DNA of 61,018 bases, the filler included. It is 5 parts of 5 records of this genome, joined end to end, with 100 filler letters (N's around TTAATTAATTAA, not from the genome) between each part and the next. Parts side by side here need not be neighbours in the genome. Positions count along the whole stretch, not along the records: positions 1 to 20,903 come from SRR20825010_6394; 4 more parts are not named here. One strand, given 5' to 3'. A model generated the notes under the pieces. It made no database searches. It had not been told where the DNA came from and saw nothing but the letters and a program-made list of their open reading frames with translations. Positions 10,761 to 19,513 of the stretch are shown in pieces (the stretch's first letter is position 1; every line of letters begins with the position of its first letter). The position numbers and the translations under genes are program-made.

Positions 10761-11932
10761 CGTGTTCCCCCAATTTCACCACGCGTCCAAAGCTGGCCTA
10801 ATCTGTACTTTTCTAACCAAGGCTTCAGTTTTTCGGCATTAAGACGCGTTAAAGAGGTTCCACTGTCGGTTTTCTCCGCAACAAGAACTGACTCCGGAGT
10901 ATCTGACATGGCATCAACCAATACATCGGAGTGAGTCGTAACAATAAGCTGCGTACGGTTCGATGCCTCTTTAAGAAGCTCCGCCAACTTAGGTAAAACA
11001 TCTGGATGTAACCCGAGCTCCGGCTCCTCAATACATATTAACGGAGGAGGATTTGGATGACACAAGATAGCTAACATGCAGAGATATCGAAGTGTTCCGT
11101 CGGAAAGCCTCGTTGCCGGAATTGTAAAACGTCCCTCATGAAAGAATACCTGTACCGTCCCGCCCTCAATCTGCACATCGAAGTCATCAATTCCGTCATA
11201 AAGGACACGCAAAGCATCAAGGAGTTTCCTTTTCATCTCCGGCTCCCTGCGAAGGCGATTCAGAACCAATCCAAGATTACTACAATCAGCCTCTAATAAA
11301 TCATTTGGCAAATCAGCCTTCTGCGCTAAACGAGGAGGGGTGTAACGGCCAAAACTCCACTCTCTATAAAGACGCATCTTGGCGAAGTTATTGCCCAGAA
11401 AAGTGAGTTCAGGGTATTGGTCAGGGTCTTTACGTTGTGAGAGAATTGAAGCCGTTGGATCAATCTCCTCGTACTGCAAACGTCGCTCATTCCCCTTCAC
11501 GTTGAGGACCCCATGACCGTTCTCAAAGTGGTAATAAAAATAAGGCTTCTCGTGACCCGCATCAGGCTTCTCGTTCTCAATTCTCTCATCAAGAATTTCG
11601 AACCGCTGTCCGACCTCAGTAAAGCTTAAAACATATCGTAGATTTGTCGGTCCTTTGGGATATTCAAAAACTGCATCAATTGTTGCAACGGGAAGTTTCT
11701 TTATAGCCCCTTTCCAGAGCCAATCACGCACACCTCCACCATCGCGAATTGGTGTAAGCAGTTCCTTTGGCGCAGATCGAATTAACTCAATCGCTTCGAT
11801 CAGATTAGACTTTCCAGAACCATTTGGACCGACTACGACGTTTAACGGCCGGAGTTGGATCGCTTCGCTTGAAGTTCCATAGCTTAAGAACCCGGTCAAA
11901 TTAATGGATTTGAGCAAATTAATTTCCTCCAA
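10754..11932 (-). CDS. ABC/AAA_21-family ATPase
   Basis: Walker A GPNGSGKS, signature LSDGT, Walker B IEEPE-GLHP, H-loop TTHS. Confidence 0.9.
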   Translation of the reverse strand: MEEINLLKSINLTGFLSYGTSSEAIQLRPLNVVVGPNGSGKSNLIEAIELIRSAPKELLTPIRDGGGVRDWLWKGAIKKLPVATIDAVFEYPKGPTNLRYVLSFTEVGQRFEILDERIENEKPDAGHEKPYFYYHFENGHGVLNVKGNERRLQYEEIDPTASILSQRKDPDQYPELTFLGNNFAKMRLYREWSFGRYTPPRLAQKADLPNDLLEADCSNLGLVLNRLRREPEMKRKLLDALRVLYDGIDDFDVQIEGGTVQVFFHEGRFTIPATRLSDGTLRYLCMLAILCHPNPPPLICIEEPELGLHPDVLPKLAELLKEASNRTQLIVTTHSDVLVDAMSDTPESVLVAEKTDSGTSLTRLNAEKLKPWLEKYRLGQLWTRGEIGGTRW

Positions 11933-12107
11933 TCAGTGCAATGCCGTTAAGTTCGGTCATATGCGGATTCCCTCTTATTAAAAAAGCACTCAAAGCAAAC
12001 CGCCAGAACAAAAGTATTCGGACATTTTGCGGGCTCGAGTTCAAATGACTGGAAAATGTCTCGACACGATCGCCGTCGACAGAAAGCAGCATTCATCGTC
12101 TTACAGA

Positions 12108-12662
12108 CTATTGTTCAGAGCTCCTCGGAGCCCATCCCTGATATTCAGTGTGTCGCTTTTTAATGCCAGCATAAACTGCAAAAATCAGCAGGAGAAGCAA
12201 GAGCATCGCGGGAGAGTCGAAAAGGATTGCAATGGTAACGACAAAAATGCCTAGAAAAATCATCGGGGCAAGTACCGAGCCTTTCAGATAAACCTTGTAA
12301 GCCCCACACATATGGCAAGTTGTAGCACCGGGGTTCAGTTCGGATTTGCAGTGAGGACAAAGTTCTTCCCGGCCGATAATCGGCTTCACCTCTGAACCAG
12401 CCATAGAATAGCCACGAGCCCTATTGTGCAACTGGTCCAGCTTTAGCTCGTTTATCAAACGATCCTTGTCAAAGGAGCAACCATATTGCTCTGCAAGAGC
12501 AACCAGTTCGGCCGGATCAATACATGCGTTATGGGTTGTACCTTCCTCAATCAATGGCGTAGCAGCCCCGCGCTCGAAAACCTGCAGAAAAAAGGTTTGG
12601 AGTGGATTGTCCCACCCGATCGCGACTTCGTATTTTCCTGAGTCCAGGGTGCAGCGGCTCAT
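12108..12662 (-). CDS. Hypothetical protein with zinc-ribbon and C-terminal TM helices (possibly two fused modules)
   Basis: N-terminal GWDNPLQTFFLQV, then CPHC...CHMC, then two hydrophobic segments. Confidence 0.55.
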   Translation of the reverse strand: MSRCTLDSGKYEVAIGWDNPLQTFFLQVFERGAATPLIEEGTTHNACIDPAELVALAEQYGCSFDKDRLINELKLDQLHNRARGYSMAGSEVKPIIGREELCPHCKSELNPGATTCHMCGAYKVYLKGSVLAPMIFLGIFVVTIAILFDSPAMLLLLLLIFAVYAGIKKRHTEYQGWAPRSSEQ

Positions 12663-12687
12663 TTCGTATTACTCATTACAGGATGTT

Positions 12688-12966
12688 CTATCGATAGAAT
12701 TTGGCGTACATCGCATCTATAACAGCGTCGGTTCTGCCAATCTTGCGCATGTGCTCCACTATCCACATGGGAACAACACTTTCCCGCTTAACCCCTCGCA
12801 GCTGAATGTGTAGTTCCTTCCATTTTTCCGGGACAGGAGCATCACTTCCCTTCGTCACCCAACTCTCAAACTCTTTACGGTCATCTCCCTGCAGCGCATT
12901 CCATAGAATTGTTCTCGCCGGGGTCCAAGCAGTAGGAGCAAAGGCTCCATTATCGGTGTCAGACAT
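12688..12966 (-). CDS. Hypothetical protein
   Basis: 92-aa ORF co-oriented with neighbours, with a GAGGG RBS-like sequence. Confidence 0.5.
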   Translation of the reverse strand: MSDTDNGAFAPTAWTPARTILWNALQGDDRKEFESWVTKGSDAPVPEKWKELHIQLRGVKRESVVPMWIVEHMRKIGRTDAVIDAMYAKFYR

Positions 12967-13148
12967 AATTCGCCCTCTGGCTTAATACTAGAATTATGCA
13001 AAGCATGAAATCGTGGCGTCTCATACTGCAAAGTGGGTACAGCTTTAGTTTCCCACTGACCTCAAGTTATCTTTTTTCGTTTAGCCAAGCCTTAAACTAC
13101 AAACGGAGTTAACAACATTCCCAAAGCAGTCAGCCATATATTACACGG

Positions 13149-13556
13149 CTATTGACACGGAAATTGGTCCCGAAGTCCGATATAAAGCACCATTGGAACA
13201 AACGCCGAATCAATTTCAGGATTACTAGGCCTCTTCGCCGTGACCGCGTTGTAAATTATCGAATAAAGACCGTTATGGTCCAAATATAGTTCATCTGGAA
13301 TGCAGAATTTTGGATCCCCAGAGTATTTATTAGCAATAAACACCCCCTCAAATACACCTTGCAAGTAATCTATAATTTGTGCCTTTTGGGGTGTCATTTG
13401 AGAATCTGAATAAATCGAGAAAAATTGACCCACACGAATTGAAGCATCGGCATTTCTTGATATTCCAACAACAAACAACGACACGATAAAAATCGCTTTT
13501 ATCAACTGAAAAGTAGCCTTAACTATCGACTTTTCTATATAATATTTTCTCATCAC
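13149..13556 (-). CDS. Rap1a/Tai-like exported immunity protein
   Basis: Signal peptide, YLQGV, FCIP and terminal FPC motif pattern. Confidence 0.6.
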   Translation of the reverse strand: MMRKYYIEKSIVKATFQLIKAIFIVSLFVVGISRNADASIRVGQFFSIYSDSQMTPQKAQIIDYLQGVFEGVFIANKYSGDPKFCIPDELYLDHNGLYSIIYNAVTAKRPSNPEIDSAFVPMVLYIGLRDQFPCQ

Positions 13557-13597
13557 ATCTTTCTCAGCAGAGGAAAACGGCTGGCAGCACTCAGGGG

Positions 13598-14848
13598 TTA
13601 ATTAAGCGGAAAAAATGTTCCCTGAAGAGGCAGCACCAATCTGTCGGTGATTTCAATTCTAGACCCAATCCTCTTTGATGTGCCTTTCTTCGATATAACC
13701 TCAACCTCTCTGGATAGAGCCAATTCCTTAATTGCGGAGAACAGATCTTCGTTGGTTGCGGCAGTCCGATTGCCGATCATTCTTAAAAAATGCTCCACGG
13801 GTAACTGGCGTTCTTTCATATGTATGCTGATCTCTCGGGGTACCTCCCCCAATAATTCTTGGATCATTTTTTGTTTATCGTGTGCGGCAAAGTTAAACAG
13901 AGCATCCTTTGCCTCCAACAATCGAGTATCAAACCCCAATGAAAACAAGCTTCCTCTTCCTAAATGCCTGAAACTGTTTTGTGCCTGCCAATGTACTCCG
14001 AGCATTTTATCTCTCGCAGCTTGGTGCCGGGACAGGTGCGCAAACATCATCCAGCGGCTGTCTGTTGGCGACCAAAGCATGAAAGGGGTGAAGTAATCGG
14101 CCCCGGATCCCATTTGAATGTTCGCCATCAGAGCACGCTGAGAAATCAACCTTCCCAATGCGGGGTCGTGCTTATTTGCATTCCACTCAGCAATAAAATG
14201 ATCGTCTATCCCGAGTTGGCGATACCGCTCCAAAGTGGAGGAGTCTTGCTGGAGATAATTTAGAACACCATCAATGGCAAAAGTCAGAAGAACTTCAGGG
14301 CGTTCAAGTTGGGAAAATATTAATCTGATGCTTTCCATCGGCACGTCAGTGTAGCCAAACTGGTCCAACACAAAAATGGACCGTCCTGCACGCTGGACTG
14401 CTTTAATTGAGGTCAATATGTCGGGAAGTTCCTCTGAGAACTTTCCCTTAATAACAGTTATTTCTCGCCCAATTTGAGGAGAAAAACCCTCATGATGTAG
14501 CCGCTCATAAAGGGCGTCTATATGGTTCTTTTTATCGTCAATGAAGAAAAAACGGGCGTTAATCTCTAATGGTTTCTTGCGGTTGCGGTTGAGCCGTTCT
14601 CTGGCACGTTCGACTGCATGCAAAAGAACTAGCGGGCTACCATCTGCAATTTCATCTCCATTTTGATACGCTCCACCACCAGCAAAACCATCAACCAAAG
14701 TGATATTTAGGCAATCCAGCCTAGGATCTGAAACAACCGTATCAAAGTACACATCAAGATAGTCTCTGAGCACGTCCAGCTTTCTGAGGGTGTGCCTCTC
14801 AATTCCAGGAAGCGGTGCCCCCGGTCTCCAGCTGAAATTATCCTGCAT
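13598..14848 (-). CDS. tcmP: Three-Cys-motif partner protein TcmP (SAM-dependent methyltransferase-like fold)
   Basis: HTLRKLDVLRDYL, VDGFAGGG, DGSPL and VLDQFGY motifs; directly downstream of DUF5131. Start uncertain (14848 or 14914). Confidence 0.8.
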   Translation of the reverse strand: MQDNFSWRPGAPLPGIERHTLRKLDVLRDYLDVYFDTVVSDPRLDCLNITLVDGFAGGGAYQNGDEIADGSPLVLLHAVERARERLNRNRKKPLEINARFFFIDDKKNHIDALYERLHHEGFSPQIGREITVIKGKFSEELPDILTSIKAVQRAGRSIFVLDQFGYTDVPMESIRLIFSQLERPEVLLTFAIDGVLNYLQQDSSTLERYRQLGIDDHFIAEWNANKHDPALGRLISQRALMANIQMGSGADYFTPFMLWSPTDSRWMMFAHLSRHQAARDKMLGVHWQAQNSFRHLGRGSLFSLGFDTRLLEAKDALFNFAAHDKQKMIQELLGEVPREISIHMKERQLPVEHFLRMIGNRTAATNEDLFSAIKELALSREVEVISKKGTSKRIGSRIEITDRLVLPLQGTFFPLN

Positions 14849-14969
14849 TTTCCCGTCCGCTAAGAAGTCATCCCCATTGGCATCCTCCCCTGCTCCGGCA
14901 GGCTGGAAACACAACCTACGGCGCAGATACCATATCCACTAATATAGGGAAAATTTGTAGAAGACGACT

Positions 14970-15749
14970 CTAAATAGCAAATGCTTGTGGAGGCATGTAA
15001 TCCCAAGTGCGTCCACGATAAGTGCGACCATTCGCCTTTTTAGGGCGTTTTTTATTGTCTGCCCCCCAAGTTCCCCATTGTTTGAAAAAGAAAGCTGTAT
15101 CGTGAATGCTACACTGATCATAAATCTGATCAATCCATTCCTCGCGGATCGGCCGGGCATTAGGACCGCTCTCCCCGCCTACAATTGCCCAGTGAATATC
15201 ATGCAGGTCAATGTTCCCTACGGGGCCGATCAAGGGCTCAAATGAAATAAAACGAATTGCGGCAGGCACCTTGCGAAGCGCACCAGCTCTGTTAGTCACT
15301 TTGGCATTCTCAATGCTAGTCCCCAGCCAAACATTTGGAAGAGGCTGTTTCTTCCATCCAATTAACAGATCATGCATCCGCTCCGGACGCTTGGTTAGAA
15401 TCTGATAATGGTGATGTGGTGTGGCTGCCATAATCTCCCATACTTGCTCAACGAATCTGTCACTTACAGCATCATGAAACAAATCACTCATGGAGTTTAC
15501 AAATATCTTGCGCGGCTTTTTCCAGGAAAGAGGTGTTTGCAACGATCCATGATCCTCATGAATCTTTCCCGTCCAAACAGGTTGACCATTTACTGTTCGC
15601 GTAAGGCCTGAATATTTTTCCATCCCCATCGCTTCGAGGCGCTTGGCCATCCTCATCGCATAACAGTTAGTGCAACCGGCCGACATAACCGAACAGCCTG
15701 CAACCGGATTCCACGTCGCATCGGTCCATTCAATTTCTGTTTCTGCCAT
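14970..15749 (-). CDS. DUF5131 (phage Gp37/Gp68) three-Cys-motif protein
   Basis: IEWTDATWNPVAGCSVMSAGCTNCYA, FVNSMSDLFH, ILTKRPER, GGESGP and FFFKQWG motifs. Confidence 0.92.
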   Translation of the reverse strand: MAETEIEWTDATWNPVAGCSVMSAGCTNCYAMRMAKRLEAMGMEKYSGLTRTVNGQPVWTGKIHEDHGSLQTPLSWKKPRKIFVNSMSDLFHDAVSDRFVEQVWEIMAATPHHHYQILTKRPERMHDLLIGWKKQPLPNVWLGTSIENAKVTNRAGALRKVPAAIRFISFEPLIGPVGNIDLHDIHWAIVGGESGPNARPIREEWIDQIYDQCSIHDTAFFFKQWGTWGADNKKRPKKANGRTYRGRTWDYMPPQAFAI

Positions 15750-15926
15750 TGCCGTCCCCCAAATACCTTCATCCAACTAAAAAAACAAACCGGCAATATC
15801 TTGCCGGAAATCAGTAAATCAAACGTGTCTATCAGAGATAGACTGTAACCAAAAATTGCAATCCTCCTTGCAATTCGGTCAGTAGACGAACCAAATACTA
15901 GTATCCATGCACGCCGAAAACAGCAC

Positions 15927-15970
15927 TAATAAGAAACTTTAAAAATGCTGTATTTATACTAATTCAATAC
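15927..15970. repeat. 11-bp periodic AT-rich repeat array A (candidate centromere/operator)
   Basis: TAATAAGAAAC TTTAAAAATGC TGTATTTATAC TAATTCAATAC. Confidence 0.5.
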
Positions 15971-15978
15971 CGTTTTTA

Positions 15979-16251
15979 TTATAAATCTTTGGCTTTTTCC
16001 AGTATCGCCCAACGGATGAAATTGTTCTTGGAGCGACCGGCTTTCTCAGCAGCCTCCTCAAGGATTTCCCATTCAGCCTGATTGAATGGAAGGCTGATTG
16101 CCTTATAATCTCGTTTCTTGCCGGGAGCCTTCGGCGGTCGCCCCATGCGGCCGGGCTTGGCAACATCATCCACCCGGCTCGCAAATTCTTCGATCTTCTC
16201 GGGATCAACGTTAGGGATTTCCGCGTTCTTCTGCTCGCGTCGTTTGACCAT
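15979..16251 (-). CDS. Small ribbon-helix-helix (ParG/CopG-like) partition adaptor
   Basis: Coupled to parA; C-terminal ISLPFNQAEWEILEEAAEKAGRSKNNFIRWAI is an RHH pattern. Confidence 0.75.
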   Translation of the reverse strand: MVKRREQKNAEIPNVDPEKIEEFASRVDDVAKPGRMGRPPKAPGKKRDYKAISLPFNQAEWEILEEAAEKAGRSKNNFIRWAILEKAKDL

Positions 16252-16880
16252 CAGAATATCCTTTGCATGAGAGCATTGATCTCAGAAGCCGCTTTGGGAT
16301 TGTCCATCTCGACGACACCACGTCCCTCCGGCAGGGCATCCCGATAAACCTTGCGCTCACAGATAACCTCTGCAAGCAACTTGATCTCGGGAAAGTCTGC
16401 CAGATATTCGCGGGCCTCTTCGCGTTCACGAATGACTGGATTGGTCGGCACCATCGTCATCAGGCCATGGACCTCAAGCCCGGGATTGAAGTCGCGCGCC
16501 TCGACAATGATTTTTTGCAGGTCATCCAATGTATCGAGATCCGCATTCGAGGGCTTGAACGGCACGATCAGCTTATGGGCAGCTGTCATGCCTGTGCGAA
16601 GCTCCCGGCTGTCCTTGCCTGCGGCATCGACAATTACATACTCATATCGATTATTCAGATCGATCAGGGTATCGCGAATGTTATCGTATTTCTGGATGCA
16701 GTGAACCTTGGGAAGGTCCGGATTTTCGTCCCGGTCCGTCACCCATTTGGCTGCGGTGCTTTGTCGATCGGCATCAACCAGCACAACATCTTTTCCCTGC
16801 TTTGCGAGAGCGGCACAAACATTTACCGCTGTCGTCGATTTTCCACATCCGCCCTTGCGACTTCCAAACATGACAATCAC
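16251..16880 (-). CDS. parA: ParA family (type Ib) ATPase
   Basis: Deviant Walker A KGGCGKST, LVDADRQ, IVDAAG; 209 aa with no N-terminal HTH. Confidence 0.92.
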   Translation of the reverse strand: MIVMFGSRKGGCGKSTTAVNVCAALAKQGKDVVLVDADRQSTAAKWVTDRDENPDLPKVHCIQKYDNIRDTLIDLNNRYEYVIVDAAGKDSRELRTGMTAAHKLIVPFKPSNADLDTLDDLQKIIVEARDFNPGLEVHGLMTMVPTNPVIREREEAREYLADFPEIKLLAEVICERKVYRDALPEGRGVVEMDNPKAASEINALMQRIF

Positions 16881-16896
16881 AGCATTGCTCCTGCAT

Positions 16897-16951
16897 TAAA
16901 TCAATACATAATCGGTATTGGAAATATGTTTATTAGGTACCAGTTCGGTGA
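16897..16951. repeat. 11-bp periodic repeat array B upstream of parA
   Basis: TAAATCAATAC ATAATCGGTAT TGGAAATATGT TTATTAGGTAC CAGTTCGGTGA. Confidence 0.55.
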
Positions 16952-17439
16952 TTAATGGTGAGGACTGCACGAGCCGGCCTCGCCGGTTCTGGCAGCGGTG
17001 AAACTGATCGGTCATCAGGTTCCGGATTTGCTTTCTTGCGTCGCATCTTTTCAAAGCGGCCCAAGGCAATCTTCCGGGCATGTTCGCGATTGTCATCCGA
17101 CACAGGATCATCCACAGATCCGTCAAGGCGATATCTGTGACTGCCATCAAGCCCCAAGGCCATCTGGTATCCGGTCGCCCCGGTATATCTTTGTAAGGCC
17201 AGTTTCAACTCGACAGGTGTTGTGTCGGCTTTCGCCAGGTCGTCAAAGAGAGCGCGAACGCCAATCTGAAACGGCTTGATCTGGTCTGACAATGTTGCAG
17301 GCAGGATTGAAATCTCCTCTCGCAACAAGGATTGCAGCTCTTGTGCGGCCCTTAGCTCAAATGCCCTCGCCGTGATCTTTCGATCTGCTGACCAGATTGA
17401 ACTCTGGGACTTCTTGTGTTCGGTCACTTTGACCTCCAT
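16933..17439 (-). CDS. ProQ/FinO family RNA chaperone
   Basis: KPFQIGV...LKLALQRYT...YQMAL...RYRLDGSVDDPVS...EHA pattern. Confidence 0.8.
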   Translation of the reverse strand: MEVKVTEHKKSQSSIWSADRKITARAFELRAAQELQSLLREEISILPATLSDQIKPFQIGVRALFDDLAKADTTPVELKLALQRYTGATGYQMALGLDGSHRYRLDGSVDDPVSDDNREHARKIALGRFEKMRRKKANPEPDDRSVSPLPEPARPARAVLTINHRTGT

Positions 17440-17462
17440 TCGAACCCGCATTGAAAATGTTC

Positions 17463-17586
17463 TTAAAAAATACCGTTAAAGTATCTTATTGATATTTAAT
17501 TGATACTTATTCAATACTATAAACATACTGCAATTGCAGCCTGTCGCAAGCACTAATTCGGTACTAAATAAGTATTTTTTCAATGT
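17463..17586. repeat. 11-bp periodic repeat array C (6 + 3 units)
   Basis: TTAAAAAATAC CGTTAAAGTAT CTTATTGATAT TTAATTGATAC TTATTCAATAC TATAAACATAC; then TAATTCGGTAC TAAATAAGTAT TTTTTCAATGT. Confidence 0.6.
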
Positions 17587-17614
17587 TTTTTTCTGCCGTC
17601 AAAAAATGCGCCGA

Positions 17615-18226
17615 TCATTCAGACACATTGCACCATCCGCCTCGCTTGCCGCCGTCGTAAGGGCGCGCCACTCCATCCCCGATCAGCAGATCATGCAGCC
17701 AGATATTGCCGATTGCGACCCAAGCGACCACACGGCCGCCATACCTGCCCCACTCGGGATTGCAGAATTGAACAGGGGTATTTGTCAGGTCTGCTTGATC
17801 CAGTAACGCGCGCACTCGATTACGCGCCGCTATGGCTGCGGATTTTTCCGCCTCACATGCTCCCCGGATCTCGGGCGTGTCGATGCCGGCTACGCGGACT
17901 GACATTCTTGCTATCGGATCAGGCAGCCCCGGCATCTGGATATAGATCGTATCGCCATCATAGGCGTAGCTGCCTTTGCTTTCGCGCAACGGCCATTGAT
18001 AGCAATTGTAAGCGCTGGCATCGGCGGGGCCGCCACCACAAACCGAAACCAGAAAAAGACCTAATAAGTATTTATTCAATACCAATTTAGTTCTGCTTCG
18101 ATATTTATTTGGTCTGGTATCCGCACCACGCTTGGGATGATTGCCAGAAAACACACATTCCCTCGCGCATGTCAGAACCGGCAAAATTTTGCCGGTTATC
18201 CTTGATACCATTCCTGTTTTACTCAT
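17615..18226 (-). CDS. Thermonuclease (SNase-like) family protein
   Basis: YDGDTI, VRVAGIDTPE, GRYGGRVVA and GVARPYDGGKR motifs; ATG overlaps the SprT stop. Confidence 0.88.
   Translation of the reverse strand: MSKTGMVSRITGKILPVLTCARECVFSGNHPKRGADTRPNKYRSRTKLVLNKYLLGLFLVSVCGGGPADASAYNCYQWPLRESKGSYAYDGDTIYIQMPGLPDPIARMSVRVAGIDTPEIRGACEAEKSAAIAARNRVRALLDQADLTNTPVQFCNPEWGRYGGRVVAWVAIGNIWLHDLLIGDGVARPYDGGKRGGWCNVSE
18061..18115. repeat. 11-bp periodic repeat array D within the 5' part of the nuclease ORF
   Basis: CTAATAAGTAT TTATTCAATAC CAATTTAGTTC TGCTTCGATAT TTATTTGGTCT. Confidence 0.45.
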
Positions 18227-18960
18227 ACCGTTCCCTCTTTGCCGACGGGGGCATAGTTCGCCCCGCTACATGCTTCTTCACCACAAACAAGCTTAAGTTC
18301 CGGTTTACCCCAGACTTGGGATAAACAGGATGGGCAGCGATATTTGACGCGATTGGAGCCGTTTTCTTTGATGGTGGGGTTCACAGCGGCGAGAGCGCCA
18401 GCATTGGCGCAACCGCCTCTCTCGACAGAGACCGGTTCAATTGGTGGAAAACGATCGAACCAGGACAAGGTATATTCTGTCGTCATCAGATCCGCGCAAG
18501 CACGATCAAAAAGGCCGTCATCGATGATGTAATGTGTCATCTGCTCACCAACCCTTCGACCGCCCGGTTCCCCCGTATTGCTGGGCATCAAGCCGATCCG
18601 CTCCATGAAGTCGGCCCATTGATGGTTATGGTATCCACGACGGCCCGGCTTGCCGTAATGGTATTGCCACTGATGCACCATTTCATGCACGAGGGTCGAA
18701 AGTGTTTCCCGGATCGTTCTGGCAACGAAGTAACTCGGGTTCATCGCAATCTCGGCGGTAAGCTCTCCTGTCTCCCCACAAACTAACCGGTCGTGGGAAT
18801 AATAACCATAGGTCCTCTTGTTCCGCTGAAGCGTGATCAGACAGGCCGGAAGCTTGCCGTCAAATATCCTGGCATTGAAATGATCGAAGGCAGCCTGAAG
18901 CTCGGCATAGGTTTCGACCGTGGGCGTCTGGATCGAACTGACCGGATGAATGTTACCCAT
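18223..18960 (-). CDS. SprT-like zinc metalloprotease
   Basis: TLVHEMVH...YH motif, FDHFNARIFDGKLP, C-terminal CPSC/CGEEAC; ATG 18960 follows GGAGG. Confidence 0.88.
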   Translation of the reverse strand: MGNIHPVSSIQTPTVETYAELQAAFDHFNARIFDGKLPACLITLQRNKRTYGYYSHDRLVCGETGELTAEIAMNPSYFVARTIRETLSTLVHEMVHQWQYHYGKPGRRGYHNHQWADFMERIGLMPSNTGEPGGRRVGEQMTHYIIDDGLFDRACADLMTTEYTLSWFDRFPPIEPVSVERGGCANAGALAAVNPTIKENGSNRVKYRCPSCLSQVWGKPELKLVCGEEACSGANYAPVGKEGTV

Positions 18961-19513
18961 TGCCACCTCCCAGCGCGGGGAGATAGCGCGTTGCCCGATC
19001 CATGAATTGGGTTTCAGCCTTCTGCGGGCTCCAGGGCAGCATGTATTCCGGGTAGGGTTGTGTTTCTCCCGGCCGGAAATCCCTGACCACCAGCTGATCG
19101 ACAGCATCACGGTATTCAGTCGCCTTCAGCCGGTGATCGATCTCTTCGATCTGAGCGCAGATCTCCGACGGACACGGCCATTCAAGACCGGCCGCAAGTG
19201 TGAATTTTCGCCGGATCGGCATGACGACATGGGTTTCAAACTTGTCCCAGATACCCAGCTCTCGCATTCGGTGCTTGATCGGCGTAATCAGATCCCCGGT
19301 TTCATCTTCCTCGATGTCATGGAGGAGGATGTAACTTTTCACTTCCAGCGGGGCACGATCGCAAGCATCGACCAGATGCTGTGCAACGGTTACGTCACTG
19401 GCACCATTCCAGCGGCGGAGCCGGGAGAGGGCGCGGGCTTTCGCCTGAAACATTGCGATACGCCCAACGCGAGTGTGGGGTAGGCCGCACTCAGGTGAAA
19501 CCAGATCAAGCAT
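18953..19513 (-). CDS. HD-domain phosphohydrolase (YfbR-like 5'-deoxynucleotidase)
   Basis: LSRLRRWNG, VAQH and LLHDIEE..TGDLITPIK motifs; ATG follows GGAGG and overlaps the repC stop. Confidence 0.8.
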   Translation of the reverse strand: MLDLVSPECGLPHTRVGRIAMFQAKARALSRLRRWNGASDVTVAQHLVDACDRAPLEVKSYILLHDIEEDETGDLITPIKHRMRELGIWDKFETHVVMPIRRKFTLAAGLEWPCPSEICAQIEEIDHRLKATEYRDAVDQLVVRDFRPGETQPYPEYMLPWSPQKAETQFMDRATRYLPALGGGNG

